Numbered from the whole stretch's first letter, positions 26,330 to 41,130 are shown. The stretch is 63,829 nt of DNA, filler included, from Octopus bimaculoides (GCF_001194135.2; 8 parts of 8 records of this genome joined end to end with filler, not necessarily neighbours in it); one strand, 5' to 3'. A program made the numbers and translations. Notes: a model not told the origin generated them from the letters alone.

Positions 26330-28472
26330 GTGGGGGTTGGTGGAGGGAGAGTGACTGCCTTTGAATTGGTGTATTCAATGTGTAAATTATTACATGTTCT
26401 TTCACATTTTGCAAATGTTAGAATTTTAAATGTCAAGCATCAATTAAATGAACGCTGTTCTATTAATCATCGTTACAGATTGGCCACATTCAAGGAACAG
26501 CCTTCTCTGATCCAAAGGCCTGCCAGGTTGTGAAATCATTCGTGGATTTTCAACACAGCAATGGAAACTTGTACTGCTGCTACAAAAGAATATAGTTAGG
26601 TTGAATGTCTCGATAGGGTTTGCACAAGAATCACACTTGAAGTAGGAGGGGACAGACGAACGACAATCTGTGCTGATGACAGAATTAAAAAAGGGACTGA
26701 CATAATTCTATGGAACTGTTAGTTGACACTGATACATCGTATGCAATGTGCAGCTTAATGGTAATTCTGAGTTCCAAGAAAATAACTACAAGGATCATGG
26801 GCCAAAATAGAAATTCGTAAAATCTTTATTTAGATCGTGATTATAAAAGAAGGATGAGATATTCTTAGATAAAAATTGTCAGTGTTGACCAACGTCAGTA
26901 TCACACCACCATGAGCTTGTGACTAAACACTAGATGTCCAGGGTTGTGAACAGGAACATTGGCATGACGCGCCATGTTTGACGAGACCGTCACCCATTTA
27001 AAACCTACGCTAAAGCAATCAGAGCTGCGAAATGCTCAAAGCTTCTGTCATTCATCAAACATCAAGGTGCAAGAAATACTCTCGTGTTTGTGGACGAGAA
27101 CTCCACTTTGGATGTTGACGCGGATCGCAGGAATTCTCGACTGATTGCATATGACCCTTCTTACGTTCATCCTTGTGTTTGAGACTAAGAACCCTACGTC
27201 TTTTGAGCTGTGGCGACTGATGGAAATGTTATCGATCCACACTTCATTGAACCTGGCTTGAAGATCGGCACAAAGGAGATTTGGACATCCCGAAGAACTC
27301 TCTGTTCCCTTGAATGGAGCAGTCATTTGAGCTTGACAATGTGGTGCTTATCCAGGATTCTACACCATGCCTTGGTGAGAAGGTGCCATTTTTGGAAGGC
27401 CAGCACCTGGTCCACTAATAGAACAGATCTCAAGATTCTCGATTACTTTTTGTGGGGTGTACTTCAAGCAAGGACCAATGCTTCACCACACTCGAGTGTC
27501 AACATTTTCGCGGAGGTTGTGGCAACTGCCAAAATCTTTCATTCTCATGTGGAAGCAGTAATTGCCCTAAAGGGCTCCATATTGAGTGATAAATATTTTT
27601 GTTGTAATTAACGTTAGATTACAATTATGTGTCTACTACCATTCTTTTAGTATTTATAACCAGTTTTATGCATCGTAAAAATTGTCTCAATGTATCTGCA
27701 AGTCCCTTTATATATGCACATACACATGGGCATGCGTATGTGTGTTTGTGTGTGCATGTATATATGTGTGTGTGTGCGTATGCATGTGTGTGTGTACGTG
27801 TGTATGTATCTGTGTGACCGTGTGGTTGCATGGATGTAACGTTCTTTGTTTCTGTGTGGGTGCTCTCGATTAGTGCATTTACGTGGGGCATAAACGACTA
27901 ATATGTGTATAGGTTAACAACAATGACAAGGAAACGGATGCATGTGAATATAAAGCTTGAAATATAAAGTAGCCATTAACGTGAAATTTTGTTGCTGAGA
28001 TACATTTTCTTGATTATTATGTGATCGGTTTTGATTTTAACGCATCACCGAGTGGATTCACTTATGTTCTTAAAGATAAATTTAAGTCGCAAATGAATGG
28101 GAGTAGATTAATTATATTTCTAACTCCTGCAAATGGATGTAGCCGAAGTCTGTATTTTGAAATATTAGTTTTTGAAATGTATCTTCATCGAAGTAATTCG
28201 GCTGCAGATTTATATGCGTGGTAATGCTCGGCTTTTTCATTTCGTTGTTATTTTTTTCCGAAGCCGTATAACTCTCACGACTTCACTTTCTATTAACCTA
28301 CATTTATGGAAACACGTTTTGAAACATAAAAAAAAATGAGTTTGAATAGCGAAAATATTTGGTTCTCATTGCTTAAGTGTCTCTATTTTGGGGTCGATAA
28401 AATAACTACCTGTAATACACTGACATAAAAGCCAACGATTTTCTCTCAGCTCTGAAGTAATGGTTTTCCATA

Positions 28473-28559
<87 letters not shown>

Positions 28560-29815
28560 CACGCTTCTTCTTGGTTTTTCAGACGCTCTGAAAGATAATT
28601 CGTGTTTTACATAGAATTAGTCATGATTAGTGGAGGAAGAAAAATGGTACCAATGATACAAAATGGAAACTGTTATTTGTGTTACGCGATAACGAATTTC
28701 TTTAATCTATTTCAATTGCATATGCAATAAAGATAAAGGTTGTGCACACATTTGTCCTGCACATATAAATGTAGCCTGACCTTGAACAGGTATAGCCGGA
28801 TGAACAGAAAGAATTACACCATTACATAATAGGTCTAACCTAGCAGAATTTTGGTAATTGAGACCTGTTTGCAACATCGATAGAAACTCATGTGTAATGT
28901 GAATGCAACACGTGTGAAACAAATTATTATAGGGTGCAGCACTGAGATTAATTAGATCAGCGCCTGCTTATTGCGTAATAATATGCGATTTAGCTCCTAC
29001 CTTGTTCACATTATTTCTAATTTACCGCAATAAAAATGAACTTGAATAAGGTATCTGCTGTCTTTTCTCGTAGTCGGAAGTTATGTTGAACGTTGCATAA
29101 GAATCCGTTGAAAAGCACACAAAGGATTAGTTTAAGAAGGCAAATGTAAACTTGTAGACAAATGTACGTGAACCATTGCAATCTATTGAATGTTTGCATT
29201 TCAAATATGAAATATTTCGCTAAATTTCCGAAATAACAAGCCATTACGATGAAATGTGAATGCAAATATGCAAGTTACAGGCGCGTGGTTTGAAAATGAA
29301 ATATTTCAAATAGATTTGGGTGCAGGGTGGGAAATCAGTTATATAAATATTAATTATAGCTGCTAAACACTTTAATGCCAATTGTGTGTGTATATTATCA
29401 CTCGCAAAATTTATTATATTAGCATTTTTTCTACACCTAAGACACTATATTCAGTTAGTTTGAACTACTCGCAAGCACTCCCAAAACACAAAACTAAACG
29501 CCCCTTAAACGTCGACGAAATTATGCAACATACACATCTATATGTTATAATTTAAAATGAAAGCAAACAAAATCTGTGTGATTATTGATAACAAATATCA
29601 CACCCAATCAACACCCACACGTTATACATAGATGTTCCCAAATTCAATGCAAGCAATTAAGAGCTTGCAACTAAATTTACCTCAAAAGTTATAAGGGAAT
29701 ATAAGCGGCAAACACACAGTAACACAAAAAATCCTAACTCAAAATTCCAAAAGGATGAAAATTCAACTGACAGGCGTAAGTGCGAAAGTGATATATCAAA
29801 TATATAGCAACGTAT
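26330..29815 (-). pseudogene. LRR-coding relic E, interrupted by a Tc1-type element
   Basis: FPTLHPNLF, FGNLAKYFIFEMQTFNRLQ (ORF 29017..29265), RLDLLCNGVILSVHP (ORF 28707..28922). YSVLGV and FEVNL match YRVLGV and SEVNV of relic A. Confidence 0.6.
26830..27712 (+). mobile_element. Tc1/mariner (DD37D/maT-like) transposase relic; 5' boundary uncertain
   Basis: VFVDE, VATDGNVIDPHFIEPGLKI and DLKILDYFLWGVLQARTN (ORF 27210..27611). Confidence 0.8.
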
Positions 29816-29908
29816 GATATCTGATGAGATGGACGCATCTTATGTAGTTATAAATTTGAGGACATGTAGAGTTGATACTGTAAGCATATATATATATATA
29901 CATATATA

Positions 29909-29957
<49 letters not shown>

Positions 29958-30059
29958 NNNNNNNNNNNNNNNNNNNNNNNNNNNNNNNNNNNNNNNNNNN
30001 NNNNNNNNNNNNNNNNNNNNNNNNNNNNNNNNNNNNNNNNNNNNNNNNNNNNNNNNNNN

Positions 30060-30098
<39 letters not shown>

Positions 30099-30138
30099 CA
30101 ATAATAAATTTTTGTACGAGTTCTAAAGAGTAGCTGCA

Positions 30139-30351
30139 GGACATCGTGAAATATATTTGCTCCATAAATGTGGCTGACCCATAGGGGACGGTGCTACTGT
30201 TGTTGATTTCCCTTCGCAAATAATGATAGGACACAGAGAGTGTGTCGTTAGCTAGCTGGATGAGATGTCTTCCTGGGGTTATAAACGACAATAGCATCGT
30301 CTCCTATGGGTCATCCACGTCTAGGTGGCAAATATACTTCACGATGTCGTG
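30139..30351. mobile_element. Small MITE-like inverted repeat
   Basis: 30140-30191 pairs with 30298-30349. Confidence 0.6.
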
Positions 30352-30750
30352 CTGTTACTGTTTACATCTCACTTAGAGATTTATTATTGCTTCTTTCTCC
30401 ATTTTCGAGATCATCATCGGTTTGTCACTGTAAAAAAAGCATATCGTATTTTGTGTTTGGAATCATTTCTCATCTCTAGTGTGTGATTGTCACACGCTGA
30501 TGACGGATTACCACCCAAATATCCAAGTCTTTGTGTATCCTGTGAGGCTAGAGATGAGTACGATGATTTCCCTTCGCAAATATTGAGCGGACACATGATT
30601 CCGTGTTCAGTCCCACTTCTTAGCACCTTGGGCAAGTGTGTTCCACTATAGCCTTGGGCCGACCAGAAACCTCTGAGTGGATTGGATAAACGGAAACAGA
30701 TAGCATTCGCTGTATTACATGTGTGCATATGTGTGTATTTGCGTGCGCGC

Positions 30751-30781
<31 letters not shown>

Positions 30782-31017
30782 CTGTATTTTTCTACGCCAC
30801 TGCTTGACGATCAGTGTGGAGGAAGTGTATGTTCCAGTTCGGTAAAAATGGCCTTTAAAATACACAGATACTGGAGTTGACGCATTCGACTAAAAGAGAA
30901 AATACTTCAAGACGATACCCCAGCATGGGCGCAACCTAAAATAAGTAAAAGATAGAAGATAATAGGAGAGGAAACTTAGAATTCGTTGAGAGGACAAATA
31001 TGTTGCGGTTTGTAGCA

Positions 31018-31922
31018 TACGAGGTCTGATCAATAATTATCCGAACTGTTGCCATAGTAACGAAACTAAAGTAGGCAGAGTAAAACTACTTGACACAGAT
31101 TGACCTTGAGCTCTGTTGTGCACGCACTAAGTTTTAACATTCTAACTCACTTCTACTGTTTATAGCTGTGCTTGGAAGGAAGGTATGTAGCGTGTGATTG
31201 TCGCATGACCATGAGAGTGAAAGTTGTCATGGTGATATTTGCTCAGAGACCTGCGCAAAGTTGCAGAAAGTATATGGAGCGGTGTGTATGCGCTGTACTC
31301 AAATGTACGATTGGTTCAGATGTGTCCAAGATGGCTGAAGAAATGCCGATATTGACGAATGCTCTGGGAGACCCGCAATCAGCACAACTGAGGAAAATAC
31401 CATAGATGTGCATGGCGTTGTGAGGGGAAACCGTGGAATCACCATCCGTGAGTTATCAGAGAGTGTGTAGATTAGTTACGGTTGGATTCATTATCACTGA
31501 AAATTTGTGTATGAGACATGTGTCTCTGCCAAGTTTGTGCCGAATTTGCTTTCGGCAGACCAAAGAGACACTCGGTCTTCAGTTGCACAAGATCTCACTC
31601 ATTGTGTCGAGAACGATGAAAACTTTTTTTGAACATTTTGTGTAGGTCTCTGAACAGGTATTGTCATTTTTTTTTCATTTTTTTGCAAAGTATGATGTAT
31701 ATTCTATGCTGGACTTTATCTTTCGTGGTCAATGCAATGAATGCATGCTACACACGTTACTTCCAAGCTCTGCTGTAAACAAGGGAAGTGAGCTAGAATG
31801 TTAAAACATAGTGCGCATGCATAGTAGCGGTTAAGGTCAATACGTGCTGAGCAGCTTCACTTGGCGTGCTTTAGCAGCGTTACTATGACAACAGTCCAGA
31901 TACTTAATGATCAAACCACTTA
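31018..31922 (+). mobile_element. Internally deleted mariner element with long inverted arms
   Basis: TIR tacgaggtctgatcaataa at 31018 and its complement ending near 31922; HTH remnant RGITIRELSE...SAKFVP. Confidence 0.85.
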
Positions 31923-33232
31923 TATATTGTAGTCCAGTAACTTAATATTATTGACTTCCAGTTTTGGGATAATGCTAGTAACTTCTGTGGTGGTGGCAGT
32001 AAACCGATTACATCGACTCCAGCTTTCAGCCGGTGTTATTTTGTCAACTTCGAAAAGGATGGAAAGCAAATTAACCTCGGTGGGATCCCAGTCTGCCTCG
32101 GTGGAAGTTGATTAACCTATTCTATTGTAAAGTAAACACACAGAAATTTAAGAAAGCTGTTAATTGTAATCCTATCTCTGCGTAAATATCAATTTCTAAT
32201 TAATACAATATGACTATATTTAAGTGTGGGGAGGACAAAAGGAACCCTTTTACCCTCGTCGCTTTGATGTAAACGGCACCGAGCACGAGATATCTGATGA
32301 GATTCAATAATATAAAATTCAAAACGCGTTGATAAATTAAATATTGTGAAGAATTTCAGCACTCATTATATCTGAAGTTAAATATACTTCGCAGCTTGTA
32401 ACTCAACATAATATAGCGCAGTCATCAAGTAAAATGTTGCGCAGAATTCAATGAAAGGAAGTTGCTACTGTGAGGCAACTGGCATGAATACATGCGCAAA
32501 GAATGCATTAGAAAAAATCAATTATATCGACTAGCGACAAGCGTTATGCAAAACACACAACAACCGATATAAAATACAAGCCTACAACGAAATAAAACAG
32601 GTTTTTATTCTTTATATCCCAGAGAAAAATTGTAATTCAATATGGAATGTATTTGTTTTCTTGTGTTTACACTCTTCTGTATATAATTTTGCCTGTCTAT
32701 TATATATTGATTATGAATTTAGTTATTTCTCTATTTTTAATTGTAAAATGGGATGGCATTACAGGCAGCATATTAATTAATTATACATACTACAGTGAGT
32801 CAGTTATACACAGGGTGCTAGTAAAAATTGAGACCAATTCCTATATCCTCTAAGAATGTTTTTATCATCTTTAGTCAACTGAACGAATTTTTACTATTTA
32901 TGTTTCGCATCTGTAGTGACAAATATTAAACTGAAATTAAAATTTAACAGATTTTATATTGAGCTCTAATTCTTAAATATATATACGTGTGTGGCTATAT
33001 AAGATTGTGCGCGCGAGTGTGATGGAATCCATATGACTCAGAAATGTTCTAATATAGCAGGTTTTATATGTAAATTTCATTTATAAAACATGATACAACG
33101 ATCTTTAAAAATTAGCAGGATTTTAAGCAGGAACCATTAATTCGAGTTCTTCAGTCTTTTTAGTTCTATATTTTCATATCTGTATCTTAGATTCAATCTT
33201 TCCACCTCATCCCCAGCATCTCTCTCTCTATA

Positions 33233-33267
<35 letters not shown>

Positions 33268-33794
33268 CCGAGGGTGAGATCAGCGCATGGTGTTTGAGAA
33301 GCCGAAAGGTGTAATGGTACAGTAGTTTGAAGTAACGTTTTCGAATCACTAAGACAGACGGTTATTTCAACTTTTGATTTATATCTGTTGTTTTTAATCA
33401 TTTTTAGTGAATAAATTGCGTTTTCTTGCATTGGTGTCTTGTCATAGGGTATATAGTTGTCATAGGATATTTAGTTTATCCTTTTTAAAAAAAAATCATA
33501 ATTTATTAAGAAATATAAACAGGCGAAAACGTTCCATTCTTCTTTTTCTTCCTTTTCTGACGAACATTCGAATAGAATTGAAATCAAGAACTAATACTAA
33601 ATAAATTTAATGTAATAAATAATGTGTAATTGTACGTGGCAAGTTCAACGTTTATATAACTATGGTTAATTGAGTTGTATTTGCTCTGGATTAAACAACG
33701 AAATGAATTTATTAAATGCGCGAAACTTTTTAAATTCTAACTTTGCATTTATCACTTACCTATATGCGTAGATTCCATAAGAGATATAATCGTT

Positions 33795-34002
33795 TCTACT
33801 CTAGGCAGAATGTCCGAAATTTTGGGGGAAGCAGAAGTCGATTAGTCGACCCCAGTATGCAACCGGTACTTAATTTATCGACCCCGAAAGGATGAAAGGC
33901 AAAGTCGACCTGGGCGGGATTTGAACTCAGAGCGTAAAGACAGACGAAATACTGCTAATCATTTCACCCGGTGTGCTAACGTTTCAACCAGCTCGCCACC
34001 TT
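33795..34002 (-). mobile_element. SINE family 2
   Basis: Same body (gtcgaccccag...gaaaggatgaaaggcaaagtcgacc). Partial copies also at 17930-18090, 28370-28440, 32000-32100 and 48545-48960. Confidence 0.85.
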
Positions 34003-35479
34003 GATAGTAGATATAATGCGATATAATGCTATAATAACTACAAGGCCGTATCTAAGTAAATGGGGTGGGGGATTATTGCATATTAAATGATTAAGGAAAA
34101 TGAACTAAATAACTAATGCTTGGTCTTTAAAATATTTATTTCACTAAAATATTTATAGGACTGTTCGAATGATTGAAGAATTAGTAAACTTATGGAACAT
34201 ACTTGTCGGCTTTTTGCAAAATGCATGTCGAGATTTTCGTCCTCATAATAACAATGAAGTTGAGATCTTCGTGATAATTTTTCAAAAAGTCATTGAGGTT
34301 TCTGCAACATCCTCAACAATTTGCGGGCAAACATCACACCATAATTATAAATGTTTATTACCACAATATCCAAAACTAAACATGTAGCTTATGAAAAATA
34401 AATCTAAAATGTGTTATCTAGAAACATATCGATATTCGATGAAGCATTTCAACAGAAATTACCATAAAAACAGTATACGTTTTGTGATATAGTTATAGAT
34501 TTGTTACAGAATAGCAGATATTGACAAGTAAGATTGCTTCCTCTTGAACCAGTATGGCAACAAGTATTCTGATTATAGGTATAATTTTCTAAATCAATTT
34601 GTTGAAAATCGTAGATATTATTACCATTTAAAATAATGTGGTATTGAGTTAGTATTTACGCAAACAGGTAACCGTTAACTCACCTTCGTTTTAACAAGAG
34701 TAATATTTTATATATTTTTATCAATACACTCAATAAGTATTTGATTTGGAACGATTTGTTCGTGTGTTTCACGGTTGTGATATCAGTATATGAACTTTAA
34801 ATGTAAAATACGTTTCCTGTCTGACAAGTACATAAGATATATCATCTACGTCATGATCTGTTTCAATTTTCATCTGTCGTATTGTTGTCGTTTACAAAGC
34901 CTCGTTTTGTTTTTATGTCGATTTGCGATTAAAAGACAAAAGGATTGATGATATGGTTGCTGATATCTTGTGAGAAGTTTGTTTTTATTTTATCTAAATT
35001 TATGAAAATATTTGTTGCTGATTTTAGTACATCTTATCTTGCTTCTAACATCTTGATAAAATGCGTTGATATTTGTCTGAAATTGATAATAGTTGAAACA
35101 CTGAAACTAGTCCTTTTCACATGGTTATAAAAGCCATTTCAAAAACATTTCCTTCATTTAAAAACTGAATTTTTCTCGGTATTTCGAAACGCAACAGATT
35201 TTTTTGTATCTTCGTTTCAGATTTTTTAAAAAGGTAAGTTCCTAACATAATCCTTTGAAGAATAGCCTTGGGGATTTTTGTAGCAGACACATATGTTCGG
35301 TTGTATTCGACGGTCTAGGGCAAGCATTCCCTGAAACGGTCTTTTCTTGTAGAATCAGAATCTCATTTATGCTTATAAGAGTGATATTCCATAAATGAGA
35401 ATATATAATTGAATATGCAGGCATATACATACATATATTCATATATATATATCTATATATATATATATATATAAATCAA

Positions 35480-36000
35480 AATATATTGAATGGATGAAGA
35501 TCTCCCTGTTCAGAGTAAGCAAATTTCATCTTACAAATGCAATGTTACTTCAATGTTTGAAAAACATTAATTCGCAAATATCGAAGTGGAAAATACCAAT
35601 GCACATGAGGAGCATAAATCGATGCTCGACAACATCCTTTCAGAAATCCTCAATTGATGACCTTCAATTCCTCCACCAGTATTCCTTCAGTATTTCACTC
35701 TGGGATCTGCAGTCGATGTGCCATCTTCTTCGAGCAGTGGCCCTATCCTGTACCGTACAGAAAGAAACACACTTGCAAATCAATATACGGCTTTACGGTT
35801 TGTCTTTATATTTTTGACATTCCTGGCTTCTTTGTCCACCGTCTCTTTTCATGGGAGTCTTTGAGTTCATTTTCGATCTTGTGCTAAATATTCGTTTGAG
35901 ATGGGGATCCTTTGCTATCCTTTACTGGCCCATTTAGACGGTCTGAGATTTTTTTTATCGTCATCTCATTAGAATCCTCCTATCCCTGAAGATTATATTT
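35480..36000 (-). mobile_element. CR1/L2-like LINE ORF2 internal fragment
   Basis: ELKDSHE and RYRIGPLLEEDGTSTADPRVK. Confidence 0.7.
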
Positions 36001-36200
36001 TTCTGTTGGTTTCACATTCTCTCTAAAGCAAATATACTGCATATGCCATGCGTGATTATCATAAAGTGGAGTTGCTTTATGTCAATATCTTTCATAAAGA
36101 AATTGGTAGACCTCCTTCGCAATACCCTTCTATTCAGCTTTGCGTAAGTTCAGGCTGGAGAAGTACTGGTTGCTTCTGGCAGCTTGCATGCCGGCAGGAA

Positions 36201-36243
36201 TGGGGAGAAAGTGAGAGAGAGTCTGTGTGCTTGTGTGTGTGTG

Positions 36244-36274
<31 letters not shown>

Positions 36275-36731
36275 CTGTGGGTGTGTGTGTGTGTGTACCT
36301 GTGCAACTGAAAGGAGTGTCAATGGAAAAGAGAAAGAAAGAAAGAAGGAAGAGAGAAAGAAGACCAAATGTGTTTACATCTATACAGCTGGTCAGATCTT
36401 CCAATAGAAGATGACAAGTTGATTCTTGGTCTTTAAAAATGGCAAAAACTAGGTGGCTACTTTAAGGTAGGGTCTCCAAGGGGGACAAGGATGATGATGA
36501 TGATGATAATAATAAGTCCAGACAATATTTTGAAAAATAACTTTTATTAACCAACACGTCATCATCTATTGAAAGAACTGACGAGCTGTATAGATGTGAA
36601 CACATTTTTTCTTCTTCTCTCTTCCTTCTTTCTTTCTTTCTCTTTCCTATTGACACTCCTTTCAGATACACAAGCACACACACACTTACACACACACACT
36701 CAAACACACACACTCTCTCTCACTTTCTCCC
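36201..36731. repeat. Inverted duplication with about 200-bp arms
   Basis: 36201-36420 is the reverse complement of 36549-36731, including the microsatellite parts. Confidence 0.75.
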
Positions 36732-37113
36732 TATTCCTCACCCTCTCTTACTATCCTATACACCCCACTTATTTTACCCCTCTCTCTCTCCACCCCTACA
36801 ATATCAATAATACTATAAAAAGAGACGAATCCCTTCAAACAAATTTAATTCTGAAGAATCTATTAGAGTAGATGAAAGCGACGTATATATGATTTATATA
36901 AAAACATGTGACGTATTAATAAAAATCTGTAAATGCACAACCATCCAGATATCTGAATACCTTATTTTTTCTAATATATAATACTTGTACACTACCTCGA
37001 AACCTTCCAAATACACTTATATATATATATACATATATATATATATTTATATACGCATATACATATACATACAGACAGACATTCTTACATGCATACATAC
37101 ATACATACATATG

Positions 37114-37171
<58 letters not shown>

Positions 37172-37449
37172 AAGAGAGAGAGAGAGATACAATCACTAAA
37201 ATACATTTATTTGGTATTTTTAACATTATTTCCTTTGTGCGAATACGTATTTTATATAAATCAGCTGTTTGGTCTTTCAAGCAGATATATTACTCCATTA
37301 TGTTTTAATTTTTTTTATCGATATTTCCAAGTACCTGATGTCGTAAATCAAACAGGTTTGGAATTAGGATATAGGTATATGCACGGGAGCAAGGTGTTTA
37401 TCTCTTTTATTGGTAAATCAATCCATTTGTATTCTTGAAAACATAGGTA

Positions 37450-39150
37450 GCATCGCATTGCAGATTGAAATTGCTGTTCCTAAAAGATGATATTAATCTA
37501 AAATTGACGAAATCATCTTAAATTTTATATGGACTTGTTTGACAGAAAAGATCCAGATGGATATTGACAACCCTAGGGCAGCGCTACCATCATTATGAAC
37601 TTCAAAAAAGTTGAACAAAAGACCTGTGGAAAATATGCAGGAACATAGCTATTTTCCATCATTGGAAATGTCGTGCCAGGATCCTTCTAAATTAGCTCCA
37701 GACGATCGTCTAAATGATTCTTCCAGGGTCTCAATGTGTATTCCGTGACTCTAGCAGTGCAATCGAGATGTTTTTCTGTGCAAGGCAACTGGGCAAGAGA
37801 AAAGCAGGAAGCAACGAAGACGCATTTGTCTTGCTTTCTATGACTTTGATAAGGCCTTTGATAGCGTTCCAAGAGCTGCTATGTGGTATAACCCTCATCG
37901 TCCGGATATCCTGATCACTTTCTCTGGTTCAAATAATGCATAACAACTCGTCTTGACATGTATTCCAACAAAACATGCTGTCAGAAAGATTTCCAAACTC
38001 GTGCAGACTAAAACAAGGATATATCTATACTATTTTCCTTGTATCTTGCTGTAATGCTTCACGAACCTTCTGCAAACAATCTAGGATTTAACATTCTATA
38101 TTGATATGAGGGAGGACGTTTCTATCTTAGTCGACTGCGATCCGAACATCTAATACACACGCAGTACATCTCAGAACTCCAGTTTGCTGATGACAATGCT
38201 GCTTTCTGTCATTCAAAAGAACTCCAACAGTCTCTGGAAAACTTTGCTATGGTCTACCATCGATTTGGCCTTAGAGTAGAACCTCAAGAAAACCAAGCTT
38301 TTTGTACAACCAGTTCCAAATATCATTTTACCAGATACATCTCTCGAACAATTACAGCATTTTCTGTATCCAGGCAGCTTTTTATTAAACAAGTGCACTT
38401 CAGAAAAGGATGCGGAACAGAGAATTGAAGCTGCACACGGGGAATTTGGAACGCTAATCAAACGTGTCTTCAACAACAAAGATCTGAACTTAGCGATAAT
38501 TAGGGTCTATAATGTTGTTACCGTTTAAATTTGATACATGGATGCGAAAGGTGGACTCTATTCCCTCGCAACATCCAAAATTTAGAAAGTTTTCAGTAAC
38601 AAAAGTCTCGCCCGATCTTGATCATCAAATGGCAACACTATGTGATCAACTATGATGTTCTGAAATGAACCAATACTCAAAGCATCGACTCGCTGATCTC
38701 TTGTGAACATCTTCGATGGCCAGGACATTTGGCGAGTATGAAAGATTCAAGGCTTCGTCGCCGCGTTTTATTCAGTGAGCTCATTTCAAGAGAAAAGACC
38801 ACAGGGTTAGCTTCTTCAAAGATAAAACGAACAATTCAAAGCAACACTGAAGCTCACTGGCCTTGAGACTAAATCTTTTGGAAAACAATCCTGAGACCGT
38901 ATCAAGTTGCGGAATTCAATCATCATCTGAAAAAAAAAATTTGGAAGTCACAATAAGAGAAAATAAAGAAATCAAACGATAGGAGAGAAAAGCTCGACAA
39001 AAATCAACCTCATCCTTCACCAATACGTCGATGCAGTCAACGCCCTCCACTCTTCTACACAAGAATTTGTCTCCAGAGTCATCAATGGCATCGCCATAAA
39101 TGAAGCGTTCAACAAGGATACTAAATTCTTGAATACGAGGAAATCAACGA
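37450..39150 (+). mobile_element. RTE-like LINE, RT and 3' end, decayed
   Basis: FYDFDKAFDSVPR, QFADD, NLKKTK and HLRWPGHL motifs; C2H2-like terminus. Confidence 0.85.
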
Positions 39151-39416
39151 TGAGATATACGTAAATATATATGTGTGGGTGTGTGTATGTGCGCATGTAT
39201 GCTTATGTGTATCTATGTGTCAGTATGTGTGTGTCTGTGTGTATGTGAGCGTGAGAGAGAGCGTGAGAGTGAGAGAGAGTGTGTGTGTGCAGGTGTGCAC
39301 ATGCATGCCTCAGTAAATACATAGTTTGATAGCTATGTAACCAGAAGGAATTACATATAGATAAATACACAGAGAGGCAAACATAAAATTATGTAGATGG
39401 GAATTTAACAAGCTAA

Positions 39417-39489
<73 letters not shown>

Positions 39490-39499
39490 CAGATAGAAA

Positions 39500-39897
39500 G
39501 ATATGTTTCTTTATTAGCCTCACAGGGCTCAACATAGAGGGGACAAAATACAAATGTAGAGTTTTTCTTTTCGATGGGGACGAAAATAAAGTAAAAAATT
39601 AAAATGGGGATAACGATGAAAAGGCATCGAGAAAACGTTTGGGGTATGTACAAAAAAAAGAAAAAATGAAAATATTACAAAAATTTCCCAGTAAATGGGG
39701 AGGTTATCCGTGGAAAGAAAAACCTACGGAAAAGACAACGGTAACCTCGGTCCTTAGTGTCACAATTTATTAAATAAAATTTCTTTTATTTATGCAAGAA
39801 ACGTAAGTAACTCTGTTTACAAAATTTTAAACGTTTTATAGAATCATGGTCAAGGTGGCTTCGTCATTTATACGTGCCATTCTTGCTACATGTATCC
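39500..39897 (-). mobile_element. LINE 3' end, same family as 10712-11010
   Basis: About 190 bp near-identical to 10751-10949; longer 3' UTR; (CTAT)n tail. Confidence 0.7.
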
Positions 39898-41085
39898 NNN
39901 NNNNNNNNNNNNNNNNNNNNNNNNNNNNNNNNNNNNNNNNNTTAATTAATTAANNNNNNNNNNNNNNNNNNNNNNNNNNNNNNNNNNNNNNNNNNNNATA
40001 TATATATAAGAGCACACATACACATCCTTTATCTATGGGTAAAATGATATGCATATATGCATGTGTGTATATATATGTACACACTGTATAACTGTATATA
40101 TAGACAGACAGACAGACAGAAAAACAGATAGATAGACAGACAGATATGTATGTATGTATGTGTATATATGTGAATGCATCCCTCCTCAGGTACATTAAAC
40201 AGTGATACATGACAGGTGGCTATCAGCCAAACCCCTAATTCAGACAGACAACTAGCCACCACCACCACTACTACCACCACTACTACTATTACAACATATC
40301 CATCAAGTGGTCATTGAATTTTCATCAAGGAATTTCGCGAACATTGATGTAAATCTGACAATGAGAACAAACTATATTTAGACGGGGGATGTCAAATATG
40401 TATTCGTGGTTTTGTGTGGCTGTTTGAATGATATTTTTAGCTGTTATTTCTAGTAATTGCAGGTCCTATTTTGCACCCTTGCTCATGTATTCTACCTCCA
40501 ATGTGACCACCGCCACCAACACCATTGCTACAACCACCACCCCCCAATATGGCCTCTAATATAAAGAGAGTGACCACTGCTACATCGTCATAACGGGGAC
40601 ACACCACTGCCGCAGCAACAACAACAGCAACCCACCACAATATATAACCCACTGCACCACCACCACCACCACCATCATCACAGACATCCCCCCCATTCAC
40701 CCCAGCCCCACCTCACCTATCACCACCACCAACACGAAGTACCGCTGCCGCCTCCCCCATCGACTGCATCATCATTAACATGCCAAACCACCCCACCGCC
40801 GCCATCACTACAATTGCATAGACTTCTACACCCCCACCATGCCCGCCTCTGCCATACTCCCCCCCTCCATCNNNNNNNNNNNNNNNNNNNNNNNNNNNNN
40901 NNNNNNNNNNNNNNNNNNNNNNNNNNNNNNNNNNNNNNNNNNNNNNNNNNNNNNNNNNNNNNNNNNNNNNNNNTCCCCCACCCACACCCACAATATAACA
41001 ATACATATTTCCTGTAATAAAGTCATAAAATAGGTCCTAACATTTTCCTTCCTGAATACATCTCCACCCAAATCACTTCTTTACG

Positions 41086-41130
<45 letters not shown>

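Larger units (their letters stand above)
32320..37440 (-). pseudogene. LRR-coding relic H
   Basis: WIDLPIKEINTLLP (37320-37440), [34 protein letters not shown]...LLQKSPRLFFKGL (ORF 35242..35442), NIFINLDKIKT and FIEFCATFYLMTALYYVEL. Confidence 0.6.

Noticed and set aside
34170-34400. Possible Penelope GIY-YIG fragment
   Set aside because: No real GIY-YIG motif; reads as LRR-like (PTSMFHKFTN) within relic H.
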